Positions 28,958 through 39,232 of a stretch of 64,000 bases of DNA are shown here, in pieces. The stretch is from a virus. Location of the stretch: positions 32,001 through 96,000 of IMG/VR virus record IMGVR_UViG_3300027779_000011; one strand, given 5' to 3'. The translations under genes were made by a program, and so were the position numbers. The notes beneath the pieces are model-generated. The model was given only the letters and a program-made list of their open reading frames with translations. It was not told where the DNA came from and did not search any database. The stretch's first letter is position 1. Each line of letters begins with the position of its first letter.

Positions 28958-29353
28958 ATGTCAAGTGGCTGGAAGTACGGTTTAATCAAAGTCGCAATTG
29001 AAGATGAAGGTGCCGACTATGAAACGCAGATTAATCTACTTGTCGAACTGTATCCCTTGGGCGACAACGGAGAGTATGACTCGTTTTGTATAGCAAGACT
29101 TCAATCAATCGAAGAAATTCAGAATGCCCAGAAAGACATCGAGCACGACGGTATTAACGAATGGTTTTACGATAACGGAGTGTTTGAGTGGAAGGTTTGT
29201 AATAACTGTACCCAAGGCGATTGGGATTGGATTCGATCAAAAAGAATGGAAGAAAAAGAAAAACACTCACCAGATTGCAAATGGCATAAAGATTGGCACG
29301 CTTGCAATTGTGGAGTGTTTGATAACGCTGGCGAAGGAAAAAATGAAACCTGA
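28958..29353 (+). CDS. hypothetical protein (chimeric C-terminus)
   Basis: GAGG RBS; carries the WIRSKR segment shared with the 27776 and 30315 gene ends. Confidence 0.6.
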   Translation: MSSGWKYGLIKVAIEDEGADYETQINLLVELYPLGDNGEYDSFCIARLQSIEEIQNAQKDIEHDGINEWFYDNGVFEWKVCNNCTQGDWDWIRSKRMEEKEKHSPDCKWHKDWHACNCGVFDNAGEGKNET

Positions 29354-29645
29354 AATTGAAGACACAGACATTATCATCAGACGAGCAGCAAACGGCTGGA
29401 TCGTTTTCTCTGGCTCAGAGCATGAGGAAAGTTGCTTCATAACAACAGTGTATGAGGAAGGAGATACAGAGTGGGCTGAGGCTGATACGCTGATACATCT
29501 TTTCCATGATCATTTCCCTGGATACACTCAGTCAAAAAAGCTGGGTGGTATAAAACTAGAAGTGCGAGAGCAGGGATATGCGTTTGAACGAGAGCAGGGA
29601 TATGCGTTTGAAGAGGATAAGGAACAAAATAATGACCAAGGATGA
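29343..29645 (+). CDS. hypothetical protein
   Basis: AAGGA RBS before MKPEIED; internal 24-bp duplication. Confidence 0.6.
   Translation: MKPEIEDTDIIIRRAANGWIVFSGSEHEESCFITTVYEEGDTEWAEADTLIHLFHDHFPGYTQSKKLGGIKLEVREQGYAFEREQGYAFEEDKEQNNDQG
29565..29612 (+). repeat. 24-bp tandem duplication (REQGYAFE x2)
   Basis: CGAGAGCAGGGATATGCGTTTGAA repeated exactly. Confidence 0.9.
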
Positions 29646-29865
29646 CATCAGTAAACAAAATAATGACTGCTATGTCACAAAAGTCCAAGAGCTGCCTAAC
29701 GGCGAACTGTTTGTTGAACTGCCTCAAAAACTAATAGACCAACTTGGTTGGGAGGTTGGCGATGAAGTTAAGTGGGAAGAGTCAGAGATCTGTGAAGATT
29801 GGGGTGAGCACAAGGGATTTACACTGAGTAATAAATCCAAGCTGGTTCGGGATGATTTAGAATAA
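29632..29865 (+). CDS. AbrB/MazE-like DNA-binding protein
   Basis: ELFVELPQKLIDQLGWEVGDEVKW. Confidence 0.65.
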   Translation: MTKDDISKQNNDCYVTKVQELPNGELFVELPQKLIDQLGWEVGDEVKWEESEICEDWGEHKGFTLSNKSKLVRDDLE

Positions 29866-29870
29866 TTTTA

Positions 29871-29950
29871 ATTCGATTCCCATCGCCTCCACTGTTTTTA
29901 TTATCTACTTAGTATAATAGACAGTTGAGGTTCAGAGTTGAAAATAACAA
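29871..29950 (+). repeat. second copy of tmRNA 3'-end remnant plus hairpin
   Basis: TTCGATTCCC..CGCCTCCACTGTTTTT...AATAGACAGTTGAGGTTCAGAGT matches 27100-27188. Confidence 0.8.
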
Positions 29951-29963
29951 AGAAAAGAATATA

Positions 29964-30203
29964 ATGCTAACACAGGGAGCTATAATGTTTGATCCTGGCA
30001 GCTTAGTCGGCAAAGAGGTCCGATCTTTAAGCGACGAAGAATACGGACACCGCGTTTTAACTTATAATTCAGATACCCAGAGGTATATTGTTGAGACTAT
30101 TTACTGGAATAACAGAGAGATAGTGAATCCAGATTATCTTGGAAGCACAATTAGTAAGGATGGCCTATACCGCAAATATGATGTAAGATTTGCGGGGGAA
30201 TAA
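29964..30203 (+). CDS. hypothetical protein
   Basis: ORF; start uncertain. Confidence 0.55.
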   Translation: MLTQGAIMFDPGSLVGKEVRSLSDEEYGHRVLTYNSDTQRYIVETIYWNNREIVNPDYLGSTISKDGLYRKYDVRFAGE

Positions 30204-30314
30204 GGTTATCGTCAACAGGTATTTGTTGTAATTATATGTAGAACTGCCCATGATTACTTCTGCAAACATACAGATGGATACTTAATTCTTCCGTCTTAAT
30301 TTCTGGAGCTTAAA

Positions 30315-30890
30315 ATGAAGGAAGAGCTAGATAAAAAACTTGTTAAGGCGTTCCCACTTCTCTATGGAGATAGGCATGGTCCAATACGGTCAACAGCTAT
30401 GTGCTGGGGCTTCGCATGTTCAGACGGGTGGTTTGATATAGTTTGGGATTTGTCCTCAAAACTTGAACCGCTTATTCAGAAGTTTATTGACGACAACCCC
30501 AACATGTCCTGTTGGGATTGTGGCTGTGACAAGAACCGGCACTACGGATGGAAACATATTCCCGGTAAGTGTCTGGTAATACACGTCGATATAGATTCAG
30601 AAGAAGAGCCACCAAACAACTACCTCGCCTGTCATTGCGAAAAGTATATGGCATCTCACCCAAGAGCCGCTCAGGTAAAAGAGAAGTTTGGAGGGCTTAG
30701 GTTCTACATGACATGCGCCAACGACGAAATCTTCAATCTGATCGAAAAGGCAGAAACGCTATCCTACAAAACTTGCGAGGAATGTGGAAAGCCGGGAGAA
30801 GAGAGGAACGTCGGCTGGATTCATACCCTTTGCGATTATTGTCATGAGAAATGGGATAAGATTCGATCAAGAAGATGGGAAGAAGAATGA
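30315..30890 (+). CDS. Cys-rich conserved phage protein, copy 2
   Basis: Colinear, highly similar paralog of 27776-28393. Confidence 0.8.
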   Translation: MKEELDKKLVKAFPLLYGDRHGPIRSTAMCWGFACSDGWFDIVWDLSSKLEPLIQKFIDDNPNMSCWDCGCDKNRHYGWKHIPGKCLVIHVDIDSEEEPPNNYLACHCEKYMASHPRAAQVKEKFGGLRFYMTCANDEIFNLIEKAETLSYKTCEECGKPGEERNVGWIHTLCDYCHEKWDKIRSRRWEEE

Positions 30891-31011
30891 AACCTGAAAT
30901 TGAAGACACGATATGACAAATAAACATTCTACATTAACTAAATAATATTAATCCTAAGCAAAATGAAAAATATGGTGCGTTATTATAAAATTAATTTGGT
31001 ATCATAACTAT

Positions 31012-31317
31012 ATGATATTCTTATTTTTAATTAGCTGCATGGCCTCCAAATCAGCTATAGACTTCAACCCAACTAATAGTATGTGTCTTGACGCAACAGT
31101 TGCTAATATGAATCTGGCCGGTTGTGATGTAGTATCTGTTGAGAAAACTATTTATGGTATAACTAAGGTTTATTGCTATGAGGCAGATGGCGCAATGGAT
31201 TCAGAGTGGATTAATAATGAATTTTTTGGAATTTCGTTTGGAATGAAAATTCCAGAAGATGTAAAGCCAATATGCACAGACCCATTTCTAATTATGACTG
31301 TAGCTGAAAAAGATTAG
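31012..31317 (+). CDS. Cys-rich lipoprotein (paralog of 9827-10180)
   Basis: LISC lipobox; PT...C.D...AN....C...C...EW..N.F...PIC.D. Confidence 0.65.
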   Translation: MIFLFLISCMASKSAIDFNPTNSMCLDATVANMNLAGCDVVSVEKTIYGITKVYCYEADGAMDSEWINNEFFGISFGMKIPEDVKPICTDPFLIMTVAEKD

Positions 31318-31363
31318 AATATTAAATTGCCCTTTGGGTAGAATATCAAACCTGGAGGAAATT

Positions 31364-31585
31364 ATGAGTTTGTTTAATAAATTATTTGGTATGTTTTCTG
31401 GTGCAAATCTTTCTGGTAAGAAGCACGCTGTTATCGCACATACAAAGTCTTCTCTTGGGAGTAACACTTTGTCTACAATGAAAGTTTCGGAGCTTAGAGT
31501 AATGGCTAGGACTATGGGATTGAGCGGATACTCTTCAATGAGAAAGGCAGATCTTGTTAGCTACATTGAGCAGAACCAAGCATAG
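31364..31585 (+). CDS. Rho-N-terminal-domain protein
   Basis: MKVSELRVMARTMGLSGYSSMRKADLVSYI; GGAGG RBS. Confidence 0.75.
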   Translation: MSLFNKLFGMFSGANLSGKKHAVIAHTKSSLGSNTLSTMKVSELRVMARTMGLSGYSSMRKADLVSYIEQNQA

Positions 31586-31589
31586 CTGC

Positions 31590-31617
31590 TTGACATACAA
31601 ATATATGTGAATATAAT
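31590..31617 (+). promoter_or_regulatory. sigma70 consensus promoter for dnaK
   Basis: TTGACA-N16-TATAAT. Confidence 0.75.
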
Positions 31618-31691
31618 TAAGTTATCAAATCTATGATAGATTGATGGCGGAATATTTAAACCAATTATGGTTAAATGAAAGGAGAAATACT

Positions 31692-33578
31692 GTGAGTAAG
31701 ATTATAGGCATTGACCTTGGTACTACAAACTCTGCTATTGCGATAATGGAGTCAAGTAGTCCAAGAGTTTTGGAGAATGAAGAGGGTGGCAGAACAACTC
31801 CTTCTGTTGTATGTTATACAAAGAATGGAGAAAGGCTTGTGGGCGATATAGCTAGGCGACAGGCTGTTGTTAACCCAGATAGAACCGTATACTCTGTAAA
31901 GAGGTTTATGGGCAGGAAGTTCTCAGATGTAAAAGAGGAGTCTAAGAAAGTCCCGTATGGCATCACATCTGGAAAGGACGACTCCTGTAAGATAAAGATT
32001 GGAAGTGATACATTTTCGCCGGAAGAAATTAGTGCTCAAATACTTTTAAAGATAAAGAGGGCAGCAGAAAAATATACTGGTGCTAAAGTAAATGAAGCGG
32101 TAATAACCGTTCCTGCATATTTCAATGATGCGCAAAGGCAAGCAACTAAGGATGCTGGAAAGATTGCGGGACTTGAGGTTAGAAGAATTATAAATGAACC
32201 CACTGCTGCCGCATTAGCATATGGGCTAGATAAGTCTGAGGACCAAAAGGTTGTTGTGTTTGATCTTGGCGGCGGAACATTTGATGTGTCCGTACTAGAT
32301 ATATCCGATGGAGTCGTAGAGGTGCTGTCAACAAACGGCGATACCCACCTTGGTGGTGATGACATTGACCAAATTCTTATAGACTGGATGATGGATTCTT
32401 TCAAAGAAGATTCAAAGATGGATGTTTCATCTGATAATATCGTAATTCAAAGGCTAAAGGAAGCCGCAGAGAAGGCTAAGATCGAGCTTTCAAGTGCTCA
32501 GTCAACTGATATAACTCTGCCGTTTTTAACAGCAGATAGCACAGGGCCGAAACATTTAAACGCCACCCTGTCAAGATCGAAATTTGAGCAGATGATCGAA
32601 AGCTTTGTCCAAAGGGTTATGATTCCAGCGGATAAAGCCGTAAAGGATTCAGGCGTATCGCTATCCGAAATAGATGAAGTCATCCTTGTTGGTGGGTCAA
32701 CAAGGATTCCGATTGTAAAAGAGGCAGTCGAGAAATTTTTTGGAAAGACTCCTAATTCGTCTGTAAATCCAGATGAGGTAGTAGCCCTAGGAGCCGCCGT
32801 TCAAGCTGGCGTGTTCTCTGGAGATGTTACAGATATTTTGCTTCTTGACGTTACGCCCCTTTCTCTTGGCATTGAGACTATGGGTGGTGTTATGACTAAT
32901 TTAATTTCCAGAAACACCACAATACCTTGCACGAAGAGTCAGGTATTCTCAACCGCTGAATCGAATCAGACAGCGGTTGATATAAATGTCTTTCAAGGAG
33001 AAAGGAAGCTAGCTGTAGAGAACATGTCACTGGGGTCATTCAGGCTTGATGGGGTGCCTCCAGCGCCAAGGGGCGTTCCTCAGATCGAGGTTTCGTTTGA
33101 TATAGACGCAAATGGAATAGTTAGTGTTTATGCGAAAGATCAGGCTACTAAAAAGGAGCAGTCTATAACGGTAAGTGGGGTTGGTACGCTTTCGGATGAT
33201 GAAGTTGAAAAAATGGTAAAAGAGGCTAAAGATAACGAGGATGAGGATAGAGCCAAACTTGAGCTGATAGAAAAAAGGAATCAGCTAGATTCTTTAGTTT
33301 ATCAATCTACAAAGTTTGTTGATGAGAACAGAGAGTCTCTCTCTAGCGATCTGATAGATAATCTAGAGTCCTCTGTTGAGGATGCCAGAGAGTCGCTGGA
33401 TGCAGATAATATTAACGATTTGGATAGATGTATTCAAAGTGTTCAATCTGCCCTTCATGAATTATCAAGTCAAATGCATGAAGAAGTTTCGGATACGGAA
33501 GGCGTGGAGCCTAATGATGCTTCTAACGCTACCGATGATAACGTTGTTGATGTTGACTTCAAAGATGTTGTTGAATAG
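31692..33578 (+). CDS. dnaK: Hsp70 chaperone DnaK
   Basis: [33 protein letters not shown]; GTG start after AGGAG. Confidence 0.98.
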   Translation: MSKIIGIDLGTTNSAIAIMESSSPRVLENEEGGRTTPSVVCYTKNGERLVGDIARRQAVVNPDRTVYSVKRFMGRKFSDVKEESKKVPYGITSGKDDSCKIKIGSDTFSPEEISAQILLKIKRAAEKYTGAKVNEAVITVPAYFNDAQRQATKDAGKIAGLEVRRIINEPTAAALAYGLDKSEDQKVVVFDLGGGTFDVSVLDISDGVVEVLSTNGDTHLGGDDIDQILIDWMMDSFKEDSKMDVSSDNIVIQRLKEAAEKAKIELSSAQSTDITLPFLTADSTGPKHLNATLSRSKFEQMIESFVQRVMIPADKAVKDSGVSLSEIDEVILVGGSTRIPIVKEAVEKFFGKTPNSSVNPDEVVALGAAVQAGVFSGDVTDILLLDVTPLSLGIETMGGVMTNLISRNTTIPCTKSQVFSTAESNQTAVDINVFQGERKLAVENMSLGSFRLDGVPPAPRGVPQIEVSFDIDANGIVSVYAKDQATKKEQSITVSGVGTLSDDEVEKMVKEAKDNEDEDRAKLELIEKRNQLDSLVYQSTKFVDENRESLSSDLIDNLESSVEDARESLDADNINDLDRCIQSVQSALHELSSQMHEEVSDTEGVEPNDASNATDDNVVDVDFKDVVE

Positions 33579-33640
33579 AATTAATTCAAAATAATGGTGA
33601 TTAGCTATTTATTAGAGAGAAAATAAGATAAGGAGGTTAT

Positions 33641-34126
33641 ATGAATAATATAAATAGAAACTATAAAATAGCCCCGAGTAGCCTATCGAAGAGTGAGTTC
33701 TTAACACCATTTGATGCTATATTTGATGATATGATTAACAGCATGTTTCCAACCGCATCAAGAGATCTTGGAGAGAACTTTTTCAACAAAGGTTCGTACC
33801 CAAAGGTTAATGTTATAAACAAGATAGACAGCCTCTTGATAGAGGCTGCAATACCCGGCATGAGCAGAGAAGATGTTGATGTTGAAGTTCATGATGGAGT
33901 GCTCACAGTTAGAGGATCTAGCAATCAACATGAGAATATAAATGACGGCCAGTATGTAAAAAGAGAGATAAAGAGATCTTCTTTCCAAAGATCATTTAGA
34001 CTTGGTGAGAATCTTTTATCTTCGAAAATTACTGCATCTTATGAGAAGGGTATTCTATCATTAAATATCCCAAAGAAGGTGATCGAAGATTCTCCATCAG
34101 ATCCCGTAAAGATTGAGATAGGCTAG
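33641..34126 (+). CDS. small heat shock protein Hsp20
   Basis: Alpha-crystallin domain, FQRSF.L, ASYEKGIL, terminal IEI. Confidence 0.92.
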   Translation: MNNINRNYKIAPSSLSKSEFLTPFDAIFDDMINSMFPTASRDLGENFFNKGSYPKVNVINKIDSLLIEAAIPGMSREDVDVEVHDGVLTVRGSSNQHENINDGQYVKREIKRSSFQRSFRLGENLLSSKITASYEKGILSLNIPKKVIEDSPSDPVKIEIG

Positions 34127-34204
34127 TTATATAATAAGATAATCATAATCGCTTGCTAATTAATTATGTATAGTTGATAATGCTGCTTAGCTTAGGAGGT
34201 TATT

Positions 34205-34429
34205 ATGGAAAAAGAGTTAACACCAATAGAGGCTGCCTCTTATTGTGCATATAGCTTTTCTTATAATATGTATAATGATATGTTGTTATTTACTACATTG
34301 AATATAATTTCAACTATGAACAACTCAGGGATCATAGGACTTAATGAGTCTGTTGAAGATGACATGACAGAGCAGCTTTGTAGACAAGTATTAACAAATT
34401 CAGAATATAGAACCATAGGTATAGCGTAG
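34205..34429 (+). CDS. hypothetical protein
   Basis: AGGAGG RBS. Confidence 0.65.
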   Translation: MEKELTPIEAASYCAYSFSYNMYNDMLLFTTLNIISTMNNSGIIGLNESVEDDMTEQLCRQVLTNSEYRTIGIA

Positions 34430-34438
34430 AATTTAGAA

Positions 34439-35089
34439 ATGAAAATTTTTTCTATTAAAAAGATTCCAATAGAAATACATTATAGTCTAATATTACTCTC
34501 CCTTGTTCTGTTTTTTATAGAGTTGATTAGTAACGGATTCTACTCTACGATTACCTATGGCTCATTATTTATAGTGTTATTTTCATCAGTAATGTTGCAT
34601 GAGATTGGACATGCTTTGGTCGCGAGGAAGTTTGGAATACCAACTAGAAAAATAATATTGTTCCCGCTTGGCGGAATAGCCTTTATTGATTCTAAAAATA
34701 TGACTCCTAAGCAAGAGTTTTTTATCTCAATTGCAGGACCACTTGTAAATCTTCTTGTTGTATTACTTGGATTAATTATAACATTAATTAGTGATTCGTT
34801 TTTCATTTATTGTATTATAATTATAAATATGATTATGGGTATATTTAACTTAATTCCAGCATATCCTATGGATGGAGGAAGGGTTCTTCGATCGGGCCTT
34901 TCTATGTTTTTAAGTCATAAGGTTGCGACAAATATATCTGTATCAATTTCTCTTTTAATATCAGCATCTCTTATTATATCTGGAATACTCTATAGCTGGA
35001 TATCAGTTATTATAATTGGTATATTTTTAATATATTATAATTGCAAACAACTAAAAGGATCTTTCAAAAGGGAGGATGATGATGGATGA
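34439..35089 (+). CDS. site-2 protease family (M50) membrane metalloprotease
   Basis: HEIGH, AGP, NLIPAYPMDGG, several TM helices. Confidence 0.92.
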   Translation: MKIFSIKKIPIEIHYSLILLSLVLFFIELISNGFYSTITYGSLFIVLFSSVMLHEIGHALVARKFGIPTRKIILFPLGGIAFIDSKNMTPKQEFFISIAGPLVNLLVVLLGLIITLISDSFFIYCIIIINMIMGIFNLIPAYPMDGGRVLRSGLSMFLSHKVATNISVSISLLISASLIISGILYSWISVIIIGIFLIYYNCKQLKGSFKREDDDG

Positions 35090-35253
35090 TGAGAAGCCTA
35101 AATTTATTTATTTTAAGTTCTTAGGAAGGAAGCAGGTTCAAGTATCCAAAGAACAGTGGGAAGCTGATTGGAAAATTTGGCATGAAAGAGTTCACAAAAA
35201 GGGAGCTTCGTGGCATCTGAAATAGAACGCGGAAAGTCTAAACTATAATAAGT

Positions 35254-37218
35254 TTATGATGATATTATCTTATCGGTATGCTTCACATTTCTAGAAGCGA
35301 CAAGCTTTAGCCCGCCACCTGCTTCTCCAACTGGCGTTTGAACTGGTACGTTTTGAGATATGGGTAGCGGAATAACGTTAGATGTAGCGGCTGGTTTCAA
35401 GGGTGGTAGTCCTGCGCTTATCATATCTTCTAGTGCGGAGCTGTCGCTAGCATTATCCTGTGTTCTTCGCGCCTCCATTTCCTGATCTGTTAATCGGATG
35501 TTTGATAACACGGGAGCGCCTTCAGATGTGGACATTGAAGAAGCCCACTTTCTGCTAGCGTTAGCGAACGCTATCTGAAGAACGGTGTCGTATGCTGAGG
35601 ATAACCTGTCCTTTATACCTGTTTCAATTCCCATTATAATTATACTAGTAAATATATCTATGCAGACTGCCACAGCGGTTACCACACCTGCCGTTAGTAA
35701 ACCCGCCAGTTCAAGAACTATAAATATTATATCGAGTACAGCCTGAACTGTATTTAATATAACTTGGTACATGTTATGTTGGAGATCTCTGAGACCCTTT
35801 GCATACTTGGCCAAAACAAGCTGCCTAGATGGTTCATCCGAGCTTTCTTGAAACTTAGAGCCGCACTCTTCAGCTGTTTCGTTATACTTAAGAACCTTCA
35901 TACCGCTTAGGCTAATTCCTGCTTTACTTGCAAGTGGAGATACGTCATCTTGAAGAGCCTTCCATCCATAATAGACTCCATCCACTATTGCCCCGACACT
36001 AAATATAAGGCCTAAGAATGGGAGAACTTTTGCTCCATATTTCATTATTAATTTTATTATTGCGATGACACCTCCAGTGAGAAAGGCCCAAGTCGCTGCC
36101 GAAGCATCCTTTATCCACTCCCATAGCTTACATGCTGCGGTACTTATCCCATCCCAAACTGTTCCTAGACCTTCTGTTGTAATATCATATGCGTCTGAAA
36201 TGAAATCGGTTGCGGGGCCAGCTAACTCAACGGCGCCATCCCAAGTATCTTCAGCTACATCTGCAACATAACTAACGGCATCATCAGCCCACTGAGGCCA
36301 TGCGGTCTTGCTTAATGAATCTCCATTTCCGGCTGTCTTTAATAGCTCTGCATCGTTTCCATTCATATATGATTCTTTATTTATGGGACCCCTGAATGAC
36401 TGTGATGATTCAAATATTTCATCAAAAGATTTTTCCCCACTCCCAACAGCGTCTACGAACTCCTTAAGATCACTATTTAGAATAGACCTTCCACTACTTC
36501 CATACTTTTTAATATAATCTAGCTCAAGATAAGTTTTTAAACATTGTAGGGCATATGAGTTTGAATAATTTGAATAATACTTTTTATCTGATGCTATTTT
36601 GATAACGCTGTTTTCTGCAAATGACTTCTTGTCAAAGCCTTTTAGTATCATTTTATTTTCTGTTATTTTATATGTAGCAATTATTACATCATGATTACTT
36701 GAGTAGTAAGTATCGTGTCTTTTTGATATAGCCCTCTTTCTTATTTGACTAATTCTTTTTACACTTGCAGTTGATTCATCAATACATTCTTTATTCTCTT
36801 CGATAGTGTCGAAAACAGACGGGTCTTGTTGATATTGATCTTCAAGAGCGGGCAAAGCACCTGGGTCTGCCTTGGACTTATTTAATATGTCCTGAGCTCC
36901 ATTCTTTCCTACATTTCCATCCATTTTTTTACAAAATCCAGTTATTCCCTCAAGACCTGAGGCAAAAGCTGCGGAGGTTGCTTTTTCTTCATGCTTGTTA
37001 AACTCAGCCATAACATCCCACCACTCTCTTGCTTCGGGGCTCATATCGTCAACATCAACGCCTTCTGGCATAGGGAATAAGCTTCCTTCATCTCCAGTGG
37101 TTGAAACCGCAGCTTTGCCGGTCCCTCTAATGAGAGCAGCTTCTTGCGCTTTTTTGGATATGAATATCCTCTTGCTTTGCTTTTCAGAATATTCTTTGTG
37201 TTTTTTAGATATTATCAT
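35254..37218 (-). CDS. probable virion/ejected protein with hydrophobic helical segments
   Basis: Repeated K-x-A motifs (SKKA, RKRA, IKIA, LKTA, SKTA); two long hydrophobic segments. Confidence 0.65.
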   Translation of the reverse strand: MIISKKHKEYSEKQSKRIFISKKAQEAALIRGTGKAAVSTTGDEGSLFPMPEGVDVDDMSPEAREWWDVMAEFNKHEEKATSAAFASGLEGITGFCKKMDGNVGKNGAQDILNKSKADPGALPALEDQYQQDPSVFDTIEENKECIDESTASVKRISQIRKRAISKRHDTYYSSNHDVIIATYKITENKMILKGFDKKSFAENSVIKIASDKKYYSNYSNSYALQCLKTYLELDYIKKYGSSGRSILNSDLKEFVDAVGSGEKSFDEIFESSQSFRGPINKESYMNGNDAELLKTAGNGDSLSKTAWPQWADDAVSYVADVAEDTWDGAVELAGPATDFISDAYDITTEGLGTVWDGISTAACKLWEWIKDASAATWAFLTGGVIAIIKLIMKYGAKVLPFLGLIFSVGAIVDGVYYGWKALQDDVSPLASKAGISLSGMKVLKYNETAEECGSKFQESSDEPSRQLVLAKYAKGLRDLQHNMYQVILNTVQAVLDIIFIVLELAGLLTAGVVTAVAVCIDIFTSIIIMGIETGIKDRLSSAYDTVLQIAFANASRKWASSMSTSEGAPVLSNIRLTDQEMEARRTQDNASDSSALEDMISAGLPPLKPAATSNVIPLPISQNVPVQTPVGEAGGGLKLVASRNVKHTDKIISS

Positions 37219-37348
37219 AATTAAATCTTTTTTTAAATATTACTATATATTATATAAAAAAAATACAGCATATATGGAGTTCACCGCTTAATAGTAAAGA
37301 TTTTATTAGTAAGTGCTTAATTTCTTTTTCATATACATGGAGTAAAAT

Positions 37349-37621
37349 ATGAGCAGCATATCTGAATTTAGAAAAATCATAGACAATGTTTCTGCGATGG
37401 AAGAGCTTGTGGCGGCCCAAAACCTTCTTAGGGATATAATGGCCATAAACGATATGAGGGAGAAAATTGACAATCTTGAGAGCGTTCTTTCAAATGGGGA
37501 GAGGGCTATGTTTTATTTTTTTGCAGCAAAGTTAGACTCTGATGAGGTAATAGTTGCTTCAGAGAAAATCCTAGGAAAGATAAATAGACTTCGAAAGAAA
37601 GAGAAGAAAGAAGTAGAATAG
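37349..37621 (+). CDS. hypothetical protein
   Basis: GGAG RBS. Confidence 0.65.
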   Translation: MSSISEFRKIIDNVSAMEELVAAQNLLRDIMAINDMREKIDNLESVLSNGERAMFYFFAAKLDSDEVIVASEKILGKINRLRKKEKKEVE

Positions 37622-37644
37622 GATATTACCAGGAACTTTAAAGT

Positions 37645-38313
37645 ATGAAAAGAATAGTCCTTTCTGATATACACATCGGTAGCAAGTATTACAAAGCAGA
37701 AGAGCTTACTTCGTTTTTAAAAAATGAATATTACGACCAGCTAATTTTAGATGGAGACATACTGGATTTAATAAAATCCCCAATGTTTACAGAGAGGGCT
37801 TATGATCTGCTAAGCGCAATTGATTATTCAAAAGAAATAATATATGTAATTGGAAATCATGATATAGCATTACTGGGATTCTCTGGAAAAGATTTTTTTG
37901 GCATAAAGTTTGTAGAGAAGTTTGAATTTGAAGAGGGCGGAAGAAAATTCAGAATAGAGCATGGCGATAAGTATGAAGCCGGAATTATTCATTATAACTT
38001 TTCAATGAAGATAATATCAATTATTCAAGACTGGCTTGAACATTCTTTTAATATAGACCTAACATCTTGGTTTGTTGATAGAAAGATGAAGAAGAGGAAA
38101 CTTAGGAGAATTTGGGATATAATAGATAGAAATAAAGATGCTGACGTTATAGTCATGGGACACTCGCATTGTCCGGAAGCGATAATATGGGTTGATGAGA
38201 AACAAAATATAAAAACATATGTTAACAGTGGAGACTGGGTTTCTCATCAGTCTTATGTTGAGATAATAGATGGAGTTATAAGGCTTAGAAGTTATGAATC
38301 AGAAAATAGTTAA
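37645..38313 (+). CDS. calcineurin-like metallophosphoesterase (LpxH-like)
   Basis: SDIH, GDILD, GNHD, EHGD, GHSH, NSGDW. Confidence 0.85.
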   Translation: MKRIVLSDIHIGSKYYKAEELTSFLKNEYYDQLILDGDILDLIKSPMFTERAYDLLSAIDYSKEIIYVIGNHDIALLGFSGKDFFGIKFVEKFEFEEGGRKFRIEHGDKYEAGIIHYNFSMKIISIIQDWLEHSFNIDLTSWFVDRKMKKRKLRRIWDIIDRNKDADVIVMGHSHCPEAIIWVDEKQNIKTYVNSGDWVSHQSYVEIIDGVIRLRSYESENS

Positions 38314-38920
38314 AACATCTTTAGATATAGATGATTGGTTTAGTTCACTTAATGAGAATATTGACCTGTGGATAACAGACCCACCGTATCCGTTTGATAA
38401 TAAAAATGGAACAAACAGGTTTAATTATAAAGATGGAAATGATAATATGTACCAAAGGCTCAGCTGGTCAAAGTTATCATCTATTTTCTCTGAAATGTAT
38501 AATAGATCCAATGAAGGATCTAGGGCATATGTTTTTTGTAATCGTGATGGGTTGTTTGAGACCCAGCCCCTATTGAAGAAGTCAGGGTGGACATTCAGAA
38601 ATGTATTAATATGGGACAAGAAGAGGCTTGGTATGGGCTATCACTGGAGGAACAAGGCTGAATATATCTTATATGTAACGAAAGGAAAGCCGAAGTCTTA
38701 TGTGAAAGGTGCCGGAAACATATTTTCCTATAGCAAACCAAGAAACATGGGCGTTTCTGCGAAGCCTTATGATATTTGGGCCGATATACTGGAGAATAGC
38801 GCCGTGTTGGGCGATACTTGTGCAGACCCGTTTGCTGGTTCGGACCCAATGGAGAAAGCTTTGTTGAGTTATCCAAATCTATATAGTAAAATAGGCTCTG
38901 CTTATACAAATTCTGTATAG
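38294..38920 (+). CDS. DNA N6-adenine/N4-cytosine methyltransferase (beta class)
   Basis: TDPPY catalytic motif, then DPFAGS SAM-binding motif. Confidence 0.85.
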   Translation: MNQKIVKTSLDIDDWFSSLNENIDLWITDPPYPFDNKNGTNRFNYKDGNDNMYQRLSWSKLSSIFSEMYNRSNEGSRAYVFCNRDGLFETQPLLKKSGWTFRNVLIWDKKRLGMGYHWRNKAEYILYVTKGKPKSYVKGAGNIFSYSKPRNMGVSAKPYDIWADILENSAVLGDTCADPFAGSDPMEKALLSYPNLYSKIGSAYTNSV

Positions 38921-38962
38921 CTTGTTGGTATAATATAATTATATTTAAAGGAGAATTATATA

Positions 38963-39232
38963 ATGTTAGATAAATTAAAAGAGTTATTGCGAAGATGGAA
39001 AGTTCAGGTAGTTGTTGTTGGCGGGGCTTTGGTTGTCGCTACGGCATATGGAACCTGTACCTATGAGCCTTTTGCTCAAGAGCAAGAGGGAGAAGGGTCT
39101 GCCGAAGAAGCTTCTATGGAAGCAACTGAAGCAGCTGAAGCAGCTGAAACAACTGAAGCAGCTGAAGCAGCTGAAGCAGCTGAAACAACTGAAGCAACTG
39201 AAGCAACTGAAACAACTGAAGCAACAGAGTAA
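38963..39232 (+). CDS. membrane-anchored protein with acidic E-A/T-A/T repeat tail
   Basis: AGGAG RBS, N-terminal TM, 9-bp repeats. Confidence 0.7.
   Translation: MLDKLKELLRRWKVQVVVVGGALVVATAYGTCTYEPFAQEQEGEGSAEEASMEATEAAEAAETTEAAEAAEAAETTEATEATETTEATE
39119..39229 (+). repeat. 9-bp tandem repeat (~12 units)
   Basis: GAA(G/A)CA(A/G)CT units. Confidence 0.9.

Noticed and set aside
27100-29950. Integrative element with attL/attR at tmRNA
   Set aside because: No integrase inside, and flanking genes are also duplicated, which fits recombinational duplication better
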